This document shows, in pieces, positions 11,601 through 21,398 of a stretch of DNA of 64,000 bases. Under the pieces are notes generated by a model. It searched no databases and was not told the DNA's origin. It saw only the letters and a program-made list of their open reading frames with translations. The position numbers were made by a program, and so were the translations under genes. Origin of the DNA: a virus. How positions within the stretch are numbered: position 1 is the first letter of the stretch; each line of letters begins with the position of its first letter. Location of the stretch: positions 92,384 through 156,383 of the IMG/VR virus record IMGVR_UViG_3300020463_002440; one strand, written 5' to 3'.

Positions 11601-14600
11601 CCATTTGTCATAACATCAATTATTTCGTCAAATGCTTCTTCAACTTTAACCTTTAGTGCTGAATCAGTAACTGCTTTAACTGCCAAGCCTCTTGCAAATT
11701 TAATACCTTCAACTGTTTCAGTTAATTGTTCGTTAATTACTCTGTTTGTACTTACAGTGTCAATTCTGTAAGCAGTACCATTAAATACTGCATTATAGTT
11801 AGAACCGGTGAGTACATCAACCGCAACTGCATCAAGAAGTAAACCTATGTCTCTCTTACATCTATCTCCATCAAATGTATAATAACGATCTTTCAGATAA
11901 CCTTGTACTTCTTCAATAATAAAGTCTCTGTTTTGTTGTAATTGCTTTCTTGCTAATGTTCTATTCGGATCAAACGAAGCCTTAGTTAATGTTGGGAATT
12001 CATCATCTTCGATATTTACATCATCAACTAATTGAGCAATTGATTCAATTAAATCATGCAATCTTGTAGCTGTTGCTGTATCAGCTGCAGTTCCATCTGT
12101 ATTTTGATAAGGACCTGTACTAATTGCACCAGTATCGGCTGAAACAAATGAATGTGCATATTGACCTGAACCACCAGTACCAACATTCATTGTTATAGAT
12201 GTACTAGTAATTGATGTAATCTTAACTGCTTTTCTATAATGAGGATGATGTGCTTGTGGCTCGGTATGATTTTGTGGACCGCTACCCATATCACAACTGA
12301 ATGTAAATCCATTTGGTTTTAGATAAACTTTGTTTCCTACATCAAGTGTATGACTTCCAATTGTTGCTGTAAATACTCCAGTTGCTGGATCGTAAGTGGC
12401 ATCAGTTGGATTGAATGTTGTAAAGTTTGTAGTATGAGCAACTTCTTTCGCAATCTTTTCAGCAACATCTGCTAAGTGAGAGAATGCCTTTTTCGTTGGT
12501 TCTCGTTGTTCATAAGGTAATACATTAATTGATTCTCTTAATCCTGAAACATTAGCAGTATCTTCATAATCGGATAATACTTTAAACTGTCCTTTTACTT
12601 CAATAGGTAATACATTAGTTGATCTTAATTGTTCGTAATCAGCCGATGCAGAATTGAATCTTCTGAAGTAGTAATCAAATACTTCTAATGTATTTTCATT
12701 TCCACCGTATTCAATATCTCTTGATACTGCATCAACAATTAAACCAACATCTCTTTCACAAACCTCGGCAGCATAAGGTAATCCTTTATGTTCTTTTCTT
12801 AGGTAATCAATTACTGACAATGAAATATTTTCGGATATTCCATCAATTGCAGCACAAGCAGTTACCATTGCAGTTTCAACATTAGGTTCGATGTAATCAG
12901 GCAAATGATCTATTGTATCATCAGAGAGTGCTTGAGTTACAATATTAACTCTATCTCTTGCTAAGTTAGCAACCTCAATACCTCTATCAGTTCCTGTAAC
13001 ATCTTGTGTTACTGCATTTCCTGTGGAAGGTGTGATTGTTATATCTCTAACAATACTCCAAGCAACTTCAGCTATATGTTCCCAAACTTTAACAAATGGT
13101 TCTTTTTGAGATATAGGTAATACTGATTCTCCGTTTTCAAAATACAATCTTGCAAAGTTAACAGAACATGTATTTCCGCCAAACCTAACATCTTGTGCTA
13201 GTGAATCAACCAAGTAACCTGTATCTCTTGCACAATCAGCAGTATCATAAGAGTGGCTAGTATTCTGAGAAAGCCAAGCATTAGTTTCAGCAATAATAAA
13301 TGCTCTATTAGCAATTAATTGATTAGAAGCTTGTTTATGATCTTCTGTTAAAGCAGCTTCATCACCGTATGTTGTCACACCAGTATTGGCTGCACCATTT
13401 GATATGATATTAATAATTCTATCAAAGTGTTGATTTGCTCTTGTAAGTGCGGTTCCTGTAACATTAGGATCACCGGCAACTTCAGATTTTAAGTAATTAA
13501 TTGCACCTACTGTTTGTGTTAACTGATCGTTAATAACTTTGTTAGCACCTACTGAACCAGTTCTATAACCTAGTCCCATGAATTGAGAATTCCAAGTAGA
13601 GCCTGTAGCAATATCTCTTCTTACTGAATCAAGAATGAATCCTGAATCTCTTGTACATTTTTCACCGTTGAATACAAAGTATTCAGAATCTAAATAATTA
13701 TTAACTTCTTTTTGTAAGAACTCTCTGTTAGCTTGTATTTGTTCTCTTGCATATTGACCTTGAGAATTATAAGTAACTTTAGCTACTGAATCTTTAATGG
13801 CCGATACAAATGTATGAGTTCCACCTGAACTTGCAAGAAGCTGAACAGTAACATCATTACCATTAACGGCTGTGACAGCTGTTGGAGTATTATAAACTGC
13901 ATCACCTTTTCTTGGATACGAATGTTCAGTTGCATTACCGTCTTGTGTACATGTATAAGTAAATGAATATGGAGCAAACTGAACATAGTCATTTGTTGTT
14001 AAATCATGACCAGGAATTGTCATTACAGTAATTCCTGAGGTAGGATCGTAAGTAGATGTTGTTGGTGTATAATGTTTAACAACTGAAGCAGGATCTGTAA
14101 ATAATAATGCATCTGCATCTATACAGTTAACCTCTGCACTAACAAACGTATGAGCTCCACCAGGACCTGCTCCTACATTCATTGTAATTGTATCAGAAGT
14201 TGCTGAATCAATTCTTATAGGCTTCTTATAAGTAATACTATGATGTTCTTGAGGAACTGCATGATTGTAAACATTTCCATCCATTGTACATGTAAATACA
14301 AACGACCTAGGCTTAATTGTTATATAATCGCCTGCTTCTAAATTATGTTGTCCAATTGTGGCAGTCATTACACCGGTTGCTTCATTGTAAGTAGCAGTTC
14401 TTGGTGTATACGTAGATATGTAATTACGTGTCTTAATATTATTTGCTGTTGCTGATATAAATGTATGAGGAGATGTATCAGACGAAGTACCTGCATTAAT
14501 TGTAATCGTTGTGTTTGATGTAGCAGCTACTACCATTGGCTTCTTATAAGCAGGATGTTCTCTTGTTCCTTGAATGGCACCTGTAATAGCAGATACAAAT

Positions 14601-17600
14601 GTATGAGTACCTGATGCGTAATTTCCTCTTACCTTACCAACATTACATCCAATTACATTACCTTCAACTGAAGTAAGGGTAACTTCTTTTCTAAAGTTAG
14701 GATGGTGTTCTTCAGGTTCAGGATGACTTGTTTGATTATTATCTAACAGGCAAGACCATGTAATACCTCTTGTGGCAAATTTAATCTTATCGCCTACTCT
14801 TAATTTGTTAGTTCCAATATCAGCAGTAAACTCTCCAGTAGCAGGATCATAAGTAGCTGTACTTGGAGTAAAGTTTGTTACTGTCTTTGTTGGATACGAA
14901 TGCTGAGATGCATTACCATCCAAATCACAAGTATATGTTAAGCTCTCAGGAGCAATTAATATTTCTTGTCCGATTTGTAAATCGTGAGAACCAATTGTAA
15001 GTACGTTTAGACCTGTAATAGGATCGTAAGCAGAATCTGAAGTTGAATAAGTTTTACCTGTACTATTTAAAATACTTGTAATTTTATCGAATGCTTCGTC
15101 TGATCTGAACCCAGAAGCTTTATCATCAATTGCCTTAACATGTGAGATTGCATTGTTTGAAGCAGATACAAATGTATGAGGATTAGATCCACCGTACCCA
15201 ACAAACATTGTGATAGTTGTTGGTGTTGTAGATTCAATTGGACAAGGATGATTAAAGAAAGGATGTCCTGGATTTGGAACTGCATCGTTTGTAGGTCCAC
15301 TTCCTGTATCACAACTGAATGTAATACCATCTTCAGCAAACCTTACATAATCTCCTGCTTGTAATTTGTGACGACCGATAGTAGCAGTAAATATTCCAGA
15401 CTCAGGATTATATGATGCATCAGTTGGAGTAAATGACAATCCTTGATTCTTTGCAGGAGTAATTGCGTTTGCGACTGCAGATACAAATGTATGTTCTTGC
15501 TGTCCTGTTGATCCACCATAACCAGGATTCAATGTAATAGTTGTATTTGATACTCCTATGATTGGACAAGGAACGCCGTTTGCATATGGGTGATGCGCTT
15601 CAGGAACCGCATGGTTTGTAGGACCTGAACCAGTATCACAACTGAATGTAATACCTTGCATCGCAAATACAACAGTATCTCCAACAGCCAATGTATGAGC
15701 ACCAATAGTTGCTACCATGATTCCGGTAGAAGGATCGTAAGTTACGTCAGTAGGCTGGAATCCGCTTTCTGTCTGAAGTGTATTAACTCTTCTCTTAAGT
15801 TCGTTTATTGCACCTGTTGTTTGTACTAACTGATCGTTAATTACATTATCAGCTAACTCCGTACCTGCACGATAAGCAAGACCTGTTTGATATGCATTAT
15901 AATTTGAACCTGTTAGAAGATCTCTTTCAACTGCAGGTAAAATGTATTCTCTAACATCTCTTCTACATTTGGCAGAATCATATCTGAAATATGTTTCATC
16001 AAGATATCCATCAACGTAATCCATTAAGAATGTTCTGTTTCTTTGTAATTGCTTTCTTGCGTTTCTCTTATTAGCAGGAATGCTTGCACTATCAGACCAT
16101 TTGATAGTATCGCCTAGTACTGTAACTGCGCCTTGTGCAGCTTCGATGAATTGATACTCAAACGCAAATGGTTGTGTACCAACGTCAACTGTAATTTTAT
16201 GAGGTACTGCACCTAATACTTCGACTGGAGTTTCATCAGCAGGATAACCTGCTTTTGGATAATAGGCTCTTGTTGTATGATTATCTCTGCTACAAGTCAT
16301 GGTGAAACCACCTCTCTTAAGCAATACATAATCACCTATACTTAATCCGTGACCTGACTGAATAGCATTTGGAGTAGCAGAAACAAATGTATGTACTTGT
16401 TGACCAGTATCTCCACCATAACCAACATTCATTCTTATTTTATTTCTACTTACACCGATAATTGGACATGGCTTTTCGTAATAAGGGTGGTGAGGTTCAG
16501 GAACCGCATGATTTGTAGGACCTGATCCAGTATCACAAGACCAAGTAACACTCTCAGGATTAAACCAAACAAAATCTCCTACTTCTAATTCGTGAGCACC
16601 TATATTGGCCTCCATAATTCCAGTGGCAGGATCATAAGTTCCATCAGTCATTTGGTGAGCTTTTGAATTACCCATTGTGATAACGAATAAACCAGTTACT
16701 GGATCATAAGTTGCACCAGTAGGTGTATATTGTTTTCCTTTATTCTCAAGGATTTGTAAAATGTTATCGTAAGCATCATCAAGTCGTTGTGAAGCAAGAT
16801 AAGAATCACCATCTATTAATTCATTAGTTTGATCCTTTAATCTATTATAAGCAGCAACTGTTTCGTTATTTTGATTTTGTATAACTGCTTTTGCAGATTG
16901 CATATAATATGCTCGACCTGCAGTAAGTGAATTATAGTTAGTTTCAAATAACATGTCATTCTTAACGGCAGGAATAATATAATCAGAAACATCTCGACGA
17001 CAAGATTTACTATCGTATGCAAAGAACTCATCGTTGTTTTCAATCCAATCAATTAGCTCTTCAGTAACAAACTCTCTATTGTCCTGTAGTAGTGTTCTAG
17101 CTGCTGTTCGAGGCACAGAAGTATCTTGCCATATAATCGGGTTGATGTTCTCTTCACCGTATTCTAAGACATTTAGAAGTTCAGCAAAGGATGTATCAAT
17201 TCTTGGATTAATTTCATTATTTGCTGAAACAAAGATTTCTTTTGACCTGTCTCTTAAGTATTCGTTTGCACCTTTTGTTTCTTCAAGCTGTTCACCAGGA
17301 ACAACATAACTGATTGGAGACCTATAAGTAATACCAGCAAGTCTTCCCCAATAGTTTGTATCAAGTGCAACGTCATAACCTGTACCGTCAATTATAATAC
17401 CTGAATCTCTTAAACATTTTTCTGAATCGTATTCTTTATAACCTAATCCACCGTTTGCTGAATTTGCTGTTAGGTAATCAACTACATCATCAATAACATC
17501 GTCAGCCGCATTATCAATTGTATCAGCGAAGACTGTATTACCAATAATAAGATTAGAGTTTATACCTCTTGGAGCAAAGAATTCAGTTGTACCTTTTGCT

Positions 17601-19912
17601 CTCATTGATATATCACCGAACTGTGTACCTGAGTTGTTCAGCGTCATTTGACCACCGTTCAGTGCATAGAATGCACAACGAACAAATATTGATAATGAAC
17701 CAATACCGTTAACACCAGCACCGTCTCTAGCAACATATCCTAAACCGTTTTGTGTACGAGGTGTGAAACCAAAACATAATACATATGTATATAATGAATC
17801 AGTATCAAGTACTCTTCTATCTGCAAGTACACAACCACCACCACGACCAACTTCTCTATTTGGGAAATCGTCCATGCCGATTGATTGTATAACACCTGTA
17901 CCACCTGACTCACAAGTTACTGTATCTCCTACAGCAAATCCTTCGCCATTCTTCAGATTACGAACTCTGATAATACGATTTACTTCGATATCTTTATCGT
18001 TACCTTTTGTTACATCGTCAGTATCTTCCCACGATAGGAATCCTACAGCACCTGATGAGAATACAACTTCATCATCTTTTTGCCATAACTGTCTTGCTCC
18101 ACCGTTACCTGGGTAATTACCTAATGATCCATTTCCGCTATCAAATGTATGGCCCGGTGCCAATGTAAATGTTTGACCAAGGTCAGCAAGAGTACCTTTT
18201 GAGTTATAAGGATTAAGAGGTGGTTCAACATCTTGTCTTAAGAAGTTTGATAACTGAGTACTATCTCTAAGATATGGAGATCTTAATAGTTTAGCACCTG
18301 GTCGATATGCAATCGCAAATCCACCTTCTGGGAAATCAAAGTTATCAACTTTAAAGTTTTGATAACCGAAACCTTGAACATAACAACCAGAACCAACTAG
18401 GATTCCGTTATTGTTCTCGAATCCAGGAAGTAATTCAATTACTGTAGCATACTGACCTGCGGTTGAAGTACAGGAACAATCATCAGGTAACTGCAGATTA
18501 CCTTTTGTATAATAAGTTCCTGGTCCAACCGAAATATGAACAGCATTATTAATTGCGTTACGATTTAATTCGCCACCTGCTTTTTCTAAACAAAGTTCAA
18601 ATGCTCTCTCAAGAGTTTTAACAGGAGCTAACATTGTGCCAGGATTTTTATCATCACCTGATCCTGCATCAGCATGTACTTTTAATGCTTGAGCTGTTTT
18701 CTTAGATACTTCTTCGAATAATTGACCGAAGTTAATTTGTTCTGTATCACCTGTCTTTTCGTTACGGATTGCGAAATATGAATCATCATCTATAGGAGCT
18801 TCAAACTCTTTAGTAAGATCCATATCAAAGTCGGCAAGTCTTGATCTATCAATTGTACCGCCACTAAATACTGATCCTGAAAGTGCACCATTATCAAACG
18901 TTGAATTATTTGCTCCAAGACCATCGGCAGATGAACTACGGATTGTCATATCGGTTGCTACGACATTCTGCATTGTACCTTGGAAGTCAGTATTAGAAAT
19001 TGTTCCATCGGTGAATACTGAATCATCAATAGTTGAATTTGTTAATGTTACATTGTTTCCTGTACCATCGTTAAACTGAGAATTTGTTATGATAGTGTTA
19101 TTTGAAGTACTATCATTAAGTTGTGAACTTGTAAGAACAACATTATTACCTGTGGAATCTGTTATAACTCCATCATCAAATATTGAACTTGTAAGTGTAA
19201 CATTATTACCTGTGCCATCATTAAACACTGATTGTGTAATTGTTACATTGTTTGCTGTTGAGTCATTAAGAACAGAATTAGCAAGTCTTATGTTATCACC
19301 ATCAACATCTGACATTGTGCCAGTTGTAAACGACGAACTTGTTATTGTAATATTATTTGCTACAGAATCAGTAATTGTAGAATCATCAATTGTAGAATTA
19401 GTTAATACTACATTATTACCTGTGCCATCATCAAACGACGAATTAGTAATCGCAACATTGTTTGCTGTGCTATCGTTAAGTTCAGAATTTGTTAGAACAA
19501 CATTATTACCTGTACCATCATTAAACACCGATTGTGTAATTGTTACATTGTTGGCAGTTGAGTCAAATATTCCACCGTTCGTAAACGTAGACGATGTCAT
19601 TGTAATATTGTTAGCGGTAGAATCTGTTATGACTGTATCGTCAACAGTTCCACGAACAAAATTAGTATCTTCTATATCCGAATTATCAATTTTAACGTTA
19701 TCAAGTCTAGAATCTGACATGACAACACCGGAGATTGTACCTCCTGTAATAGTTATTCTTGAAAAGACCTCATACTGAATTGCTTCAACTAATTCTTTTC
19801 GAGTAATATTACTTGTGCCGTCATCACCTTGAACAAGGTTAACGATGACAAATAGGTCTTCTGACCTGGTATTGGCACCGGTAATCGGAGGTAATTCTGA
19901 AATTTTTGCCAT
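8645..19912 (-). CDS. Giant (3755 aa) multidomain virion protein: N-terminal beta-solenoid repeats, pectin-lyase-like segment, 11-12 helical C-x-R-D repeats, 9 His/Cys beta-domain repeats
   Basis: Single ORF with late promoter and SD. MAKISELP N-terminus is typical of fibre proteins; repeats are visible in the translation. Confidence 0.85.
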   Translation of the reverse strand: MAKISELPPITGANTRSEDLFVIVNLVQGDDGTSNITRKELVEAIQYEVFSRITITGGTISGVVMSDSRLDNVKIDNSDIEDTNFVRGTVDDTVITDSTANNITMTSSTFTNGGIFDSTANNVTITQSVFNDGTGNNVVLTNSELNDSTANNVAITNSSFDDGTGNNVVLTNSTIDDSTITDSVANNITITSSSFTTGTMSDVDGDNIRLANSVLNDSTANNVTITQSVFNDGTGNNVTLTSSIFDDGVITDSTGNNVVLTSSQLNDSTSNNTIITNSQFNDGTGNNVTLTNSTIDDSVFTDGTISNTDFQGTMQNVVATDMTIRSSSADGLGANNSTFDNGALSGSVFSGGTIDRSRLADFDMDLTKEFEAPIDDDSYFAIRNEKTGDTEQINFGQLFEEVSKKTAQALKVHADAGSGDDKNPGTMLAPVKTLERAFELCLEKAGGELNRNAINNAVHISVGPGTYYTKGNLQLPDDCSCTSTAGQYATVIELLPGFENNNGILVGSGCYVQGFGYQNFKVDNFDFPEGGFAIAYRPGAKLLRSPYLRDSTQLSNFLRQDVEPPLNPYNSKGTLADLGQTFTLAPGHTFDSGNGSLGNYPGNGGARQLWQKDDEVVFSSGAVGFLSWEDTDDVTKGNDKDIEVNRIIRVRNLKNGEGFAVGDTVTCESGGTGVIQSIGMDDFPNREVGRGGGCVLADRRVLDTDSLYTYVLCFGFTPRTQNGLGYVARDGAGVNGIGSLSIFVRCAFYALNGGQMTLNNSGTQFGDISMRAKGTTEFFAPRGINSNLIIGNTVFADTIDNAADDVIDDVVDYLTANSANGGLGYKEYDSEKCLRDSGIIIDGTGYDVALDTNYWGRLAGITYRSPISYVVPGEQLEETKGANEYLRDRSKEIFVSANNEINPRIDTSFAELLNVLEYGEENINPIIWQDTSVPRTAARTLLQDNREFVTEELIDWIENNDEFFAYDSKSCRRDVSDYIIPAVKNDMLFETNYNSLTAGRAYYMQSAKAVIQNQNNETVAAYNRLKDQTNELIDGDSYLASQRLDDAYDNILQILENKGKQYTPTGATYDPVTGLFVITMGNSKAHQMTDGTYDPATGIMEANIGAHELEVGDFVWFNPESVTWSCDTGSGPTNHAVPEPHHPYYEKPCPIIGVSRNKIRMNVGYGGDTGQQVHTFVSATPNAIQSGHGLSIGDYVLLKRGGFTMTCSRDNHTTRAYYPKAGYPADETPVEVLGAVPHKITVDVGTQPFAFEYQFIEAAQGAVTVLGDTIKWSDSASIPANKRNARKQLQRNRTFLMDYVDGYLDETYFRYDSAKCRRDVREYILPAVERDLLTGSNYNAYQTGLAYRAGTELADNVINDQLVQTTGAINELKRRVNTLQTESGFQPTDVTYDPSTGIMVATIGAHTLAVGDTVVFAMQGITFSCDTGSGPTNHAVPEAHHPYANGVPCPIIGVSNTTITLNPGYGGSTGQQEHTFVSAVANAITPAKNQGLSFTPTDASYNPESGIFTATIGRHKLQAGDYVRFAEDGITFSCDTGSGPTNDAVPNPGHPFFNHPCPIESTTPTTITMFVGYGGSNPHTFVSASNNAISHVKAIDDKASGFRSDEAFDKITSILNSTGKTYSTSDSAYDPITGLNVLTIGSHDLQIGQEILIAPESLTYTCDLDGNASQHSYPTKTVTNFTPSTATYDPATGEFTADIGTNKLRVGDKIKFATRGITWSCLLDNNQTSHPEPEEHHPNFRKEVTLTSVEGNVIGCNVGKVRGNYASGTHTFVSAITGAIQGTREHPAYKKPMVVAATSNTTITINAGTSSDTSPHTFISATANNIKTRNYISTYTPRTATYNEATGVMTATIGQHNLEAGDYITIKPRSFVFTCTMDGNVYNHAVPQEHHSITYKKPIRIDSATSDTITMNVGAGPGGAHTFVSAEVNCIDADALLFTDPASVVKHYTPTTSTYDPTSGITVMTIPGHDLTTNDYVQFAPYSFTYTCTQDGNATEHSYPRKGDAVYNTPTAVTAVNGNDVTVQLLASSGGTHTFVSAIKDSVAKVTYNSQGQYAREQIQANREFLQKEVNNYLDSEYFVFNGEKCTRDSGFILDSVRRDIATGSTWNSQFMGLGYRTGSVGANKVINDQLTQTVGAINYLKSEVAGDPNVTGTALTRANQHFDRIINIISNGAANTGVTTYGDEAALTEDHKQASNQLIANRAFIIAETNAWLSQNTSHSYDTADCARDTGYLVDSLAQDVRFGGNTCSVNFARLYFENGESVLPISQKEPFVKVWEHIAEVAWSIVRDITITPSTGNAVTQDVTGTDRGIEVANLARDRVNIVTQALSDDTIDHLPDYIEPNVETAMVTACAAIDGISENISLSVIDYLRKEHKGLPYAAEVCERDVGLIVDAVSRDIEYGGNENTLEVFDYYFRRFNSASADYEQLRSTNVLPIEVKGQFKVLSDYEDTANVSGLRESINVLPYEQREPTKKAFSHLADVAEKIAKEVAHTTNFTTFNPTDATYDPATGVFTATIGSHTLDVGNKVYLKPNGFTFSCDMGSGPQNHTEPQAHHPHYRKAVKITSITSTSITMNVGTGGSGQYAHSFVSADTGAISTGPYQNTDGTAADTATATRLHDLIESIAQLVDDVNIEDDEFPTLTKASFDPNRTLARKQLQQNRDFIIEEVQGYLKDRYYTFDGDRCKRDIGLLLDAVAVDVLTGSNYNAVFNGTAYRIDTVSTNRVINEQLTETVEGIKFARGLAVKAVTDSALKVKVEEAFDEIIDVMTNGRSAADAINFTTNAQGVARINGRSQLQNNKAFLIAEATAWVEANYPSHVHDVAKCERDTGYLIDAVSFDGQHQGNFATQNFTRLYFEKGVNVGLPTNQVEPSAMLFKHIGDCVDLIVQDTDIAGLKSANNALSQDFSSGSGGAPLGAEMEGLFDLCANALTSATLLLNPAYELPKVSNYAAVNQTAFNEVLGVKETVAKDLLAYLAENYDILPFSEEKCRRDAGYIIDAVSHDIQYGGNAASVQTAGMYFENTVNTGLQIEQYMGTRDAFLHMAKVIEHVVGAKDIETKLFPRTGKYYTGDIVTKYEYWNGVPSYQTTEAQDFSIHGANPNTCIATRKLVELIANAVDDSYEVRSTIPERIDVDQTWMGDNYVTAKELVERLSHTAAEGVISYISVNHNGLSFPRARCRRDIGYTIDAISHDVQYETNFASLQSAGIYFEKEVSVLKVDQQRQYADILQLLGNAMSQVVQETPVTNASTYTLTPQNTLGVAATSTEGTEVTNLVGIIEQSIRSNDNDELPRPVSTSSFPTTELSNAAQKLVDNTEELASDVTEFINNQFTVLDYNKDKCRRDTGFLLDAFSFDLNFGGNTASRWNADFYFWNQVYRLPEDQREPTAKAYRQLGKICKDIVIGEYEGQKILGELGTAVESKKVKDLADIFFLTQINNDTKYLPVKTEPDYSYSDAVFTDAQDILAQRRKGLQKDTVRYVNATYNFLDINLTRRDARNLLTALQNDFKYVDTQAVGPSYQTNGNQNAIRTFTATFFDYDGTHVFPVFNPTMQGLKYKGSVVDVAALSSITGQKPNWAYIVATDFTTNLYAGNIYYWNGSTWVLEGANNTDLLDAFTGSWDRMRDYLVNNLSPDSDHTAMIQALFDNCLKSNVLKPDTLVFGSLVESIAHQFNGASAGVNRNALPLNFRNLGAAISAVASVLNEDGGRIRWSGADELNNQYFARGLRINGRTGRIEGRPFTSSVRKLARRASNSRAVI

Positions 19913-19939
19913 TTAGCTATTTCCCTTTGGTATTACTTA

Positions 19940-19947
19940 TATTTATA
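19940..19947 (-). promoter_or_regulatory. T4-type late promoter TATAAATA
   Basis: Exact match 28 nt upstream of the giant gene start. Confidence 0.8.
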
Positions 19948-19961
19948 AGACCAATCTCAAA

Positions 19962-21203
19962 TTAACCTTTGTTTTCGAGAAGGTTTTCTAAAACATTTAC
20001 CTTTTCACTCAAATCCTTGATTGCTTCTATAAGCACCGGGACGATTTGTTGATATCTTACTGCCTTGTAAGTATCATCTTCCATACTAATATCATAAACT
20101 ACTTCTGGTAAAATATTTTCAATTTCCTGAGCAATTACACCAGGAAGTGTATCCTCAGGTCTGTCTTTATAATTAAACGTATATGTCTTAATCTTTTCTA
20201 TTTCTTTAAGTCCCTTTTTAAGAGGAACTATATTTTCTTTTAATCTTTCGTCTGAGAAGGATCCGTTTGTTGTTACATCACCTGTAAATATTGCTGAACC
20301 TGTTTGCGCAATTTGTGCTACAACGGCGTTACCACTATTCTTAATTTCTAATTCACCTTTTAAATTTAAATCTCCATTTAAATTTTGGTACCCTGTTACT
20401 TCTATTCCGTTAGGGAACCATCTAAGAACATCATAAGTTGTGCTTGACCAATCAACTGCAAGACTACCTGCTGGTATTCCGCTTGGTCTTGAACCGTCTA
20501 TGTAAGCCTTTTCAGCTCCACTTACTGAGCCTGTAGTAATAAACTCGTTACCTTGATAAGAATTTAATTCACCTTCTCCATCAAATGATATGGTTCCGTC
20601 TGTAGCAACATTAATACCGTCTCCGCCTGTAAACGCTGCCCTTGCTCTTGCATTAGTATAAAATAAGTTTGTAGTTCCTTCAGTGATATCATCTGAACTT
20701 AAACCTGATCCACCTGAACCTAATGCCAAACTATTTGCTGTTAATGATTCGGTGACAACAACATTAGGTACTGTTAATGTACCTGCGGCTGTTAATTGAA
20801 ACTTTGCTTGACCTGTGCCTGTATCAATAATAAAGGTATGGCCACCGCTAGAATCATGTCCTATGTCCCAAGCTATTGAACCATCAGTATATCTTGTTTG
20901 ACCACCTGTTCCTGAATATAGGAATGTTGCCGCAACTGATGTACCACTTGTTACTTGAATAGGATCTGAAAAATTAATTGTTGATGCAGATCTTGCACCA
21001 ATTGTATCTGATGTAAGTTGACTTGTGGCTACTAAACTACTTCCAGTAAAATTGCCTGTAATAACAGCATTGCCGTCAGCAGCTGAATCAGTTGCTCCAG
21101 TCGTAACTACATTGTTTCTAAACGCTGCAGCAATTTGATTAGTCTTATCTAACCATTGCTGAAATGTGTCGGTAGTATTTACATCGGTTATATTCTTGGC
21201 CAT
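19962..21203 (-). CDS. Short tail fibre-like protein with C-terminal peptidase S74 chaperone
   Basis: N-terminal TDTFQQWLDKTN attachment motif; C-terminal FSDERLKENI...GVIAQEIE...VRYQQIVPVLIEAIK. Confidence 0.8.
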   Translation of the reverse strand: MAKNITDVNTTDTFQQWLDKTNQIAAAFRNNVVTTGATDSAADGNAVITGNFTGSSLVATSQLTSDTIGARSASTINFSDPIQVTSGTSVAATFLYSGTGGQTRYTDGSIAWDIGHDSSGGHTFIIDTGTGQAKFQLTAAGTLTVPNVVVTESLTANSLALGSGGSGLSSDDITEGTTNLFYTNARARAAFTGGDGINVATDGTISFDGEGELNSYQGNEFITTGSVSGAEKAYIDGSRPSGIPAGSLAVDWSSTTYDVLRWFPNGIEVTGYQNLNGDLNLKGELEIKNSGNAVVAQIAQTGSAIFTGDVTTNGSFSDERLKENIVPLKKGLKEIEKIKTYTFNYKDRPEDTLPGVIAQEIENILPEVVYDISMEDDTYKAVRYQQIVPVLIEAIKDLSEKVNVLENLLENKG

Positions 21204-21388
21204 TAGTTATTTTCCAATTTTTCTATTCGTTCATAGATTTCAATTATGCTGCGTTTTATATCTACTAAGTCATTACATATTCTATCAACTTTACGATAAT
21301 AATTGCGTTCTAATTTATATTTATCGAGAGCGACAGCATCAGTACTTAATACTGCTCGTGATTTTTGATCTCTTTTAATATTACTCAT
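21203..21388 (-). CDS. Small coiled-coil protein conserved downstream of DUF4815 in T4-like phages
   Basis: RDxxSxAVLxTD...Y motif; translationally coupled to neighbours. Confidence 0.6.
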   Translation of the reverse strand: MSNIKRDQKSRAVLSTDAVALDKYKLERNYYRKVDRICNDLVDIKRSIIEIYERIEKLENN

Positions 21389-21398
21389 AACAAATACC

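Noticed and set aside
1069-19778. Numerous plus-strand and alternative-frame ORFs (e.g. 1372-2004, 19089-19778, LEYL- or KVFK-rich ORFs)
   Set aside because: They are antisense or off-frame shadows of repetitive, codon-biased minus-strand genes, with no recognisable motifs.
8645-19912. Intein, intron or diversity-generating retroelement in the giant gene
   Set aside because: No intein splice motifs, homing endonuclease, reverse transcriptase or adenine-variable TR/VR pair was seen; the repeats diverge mainly at synonymous sites.
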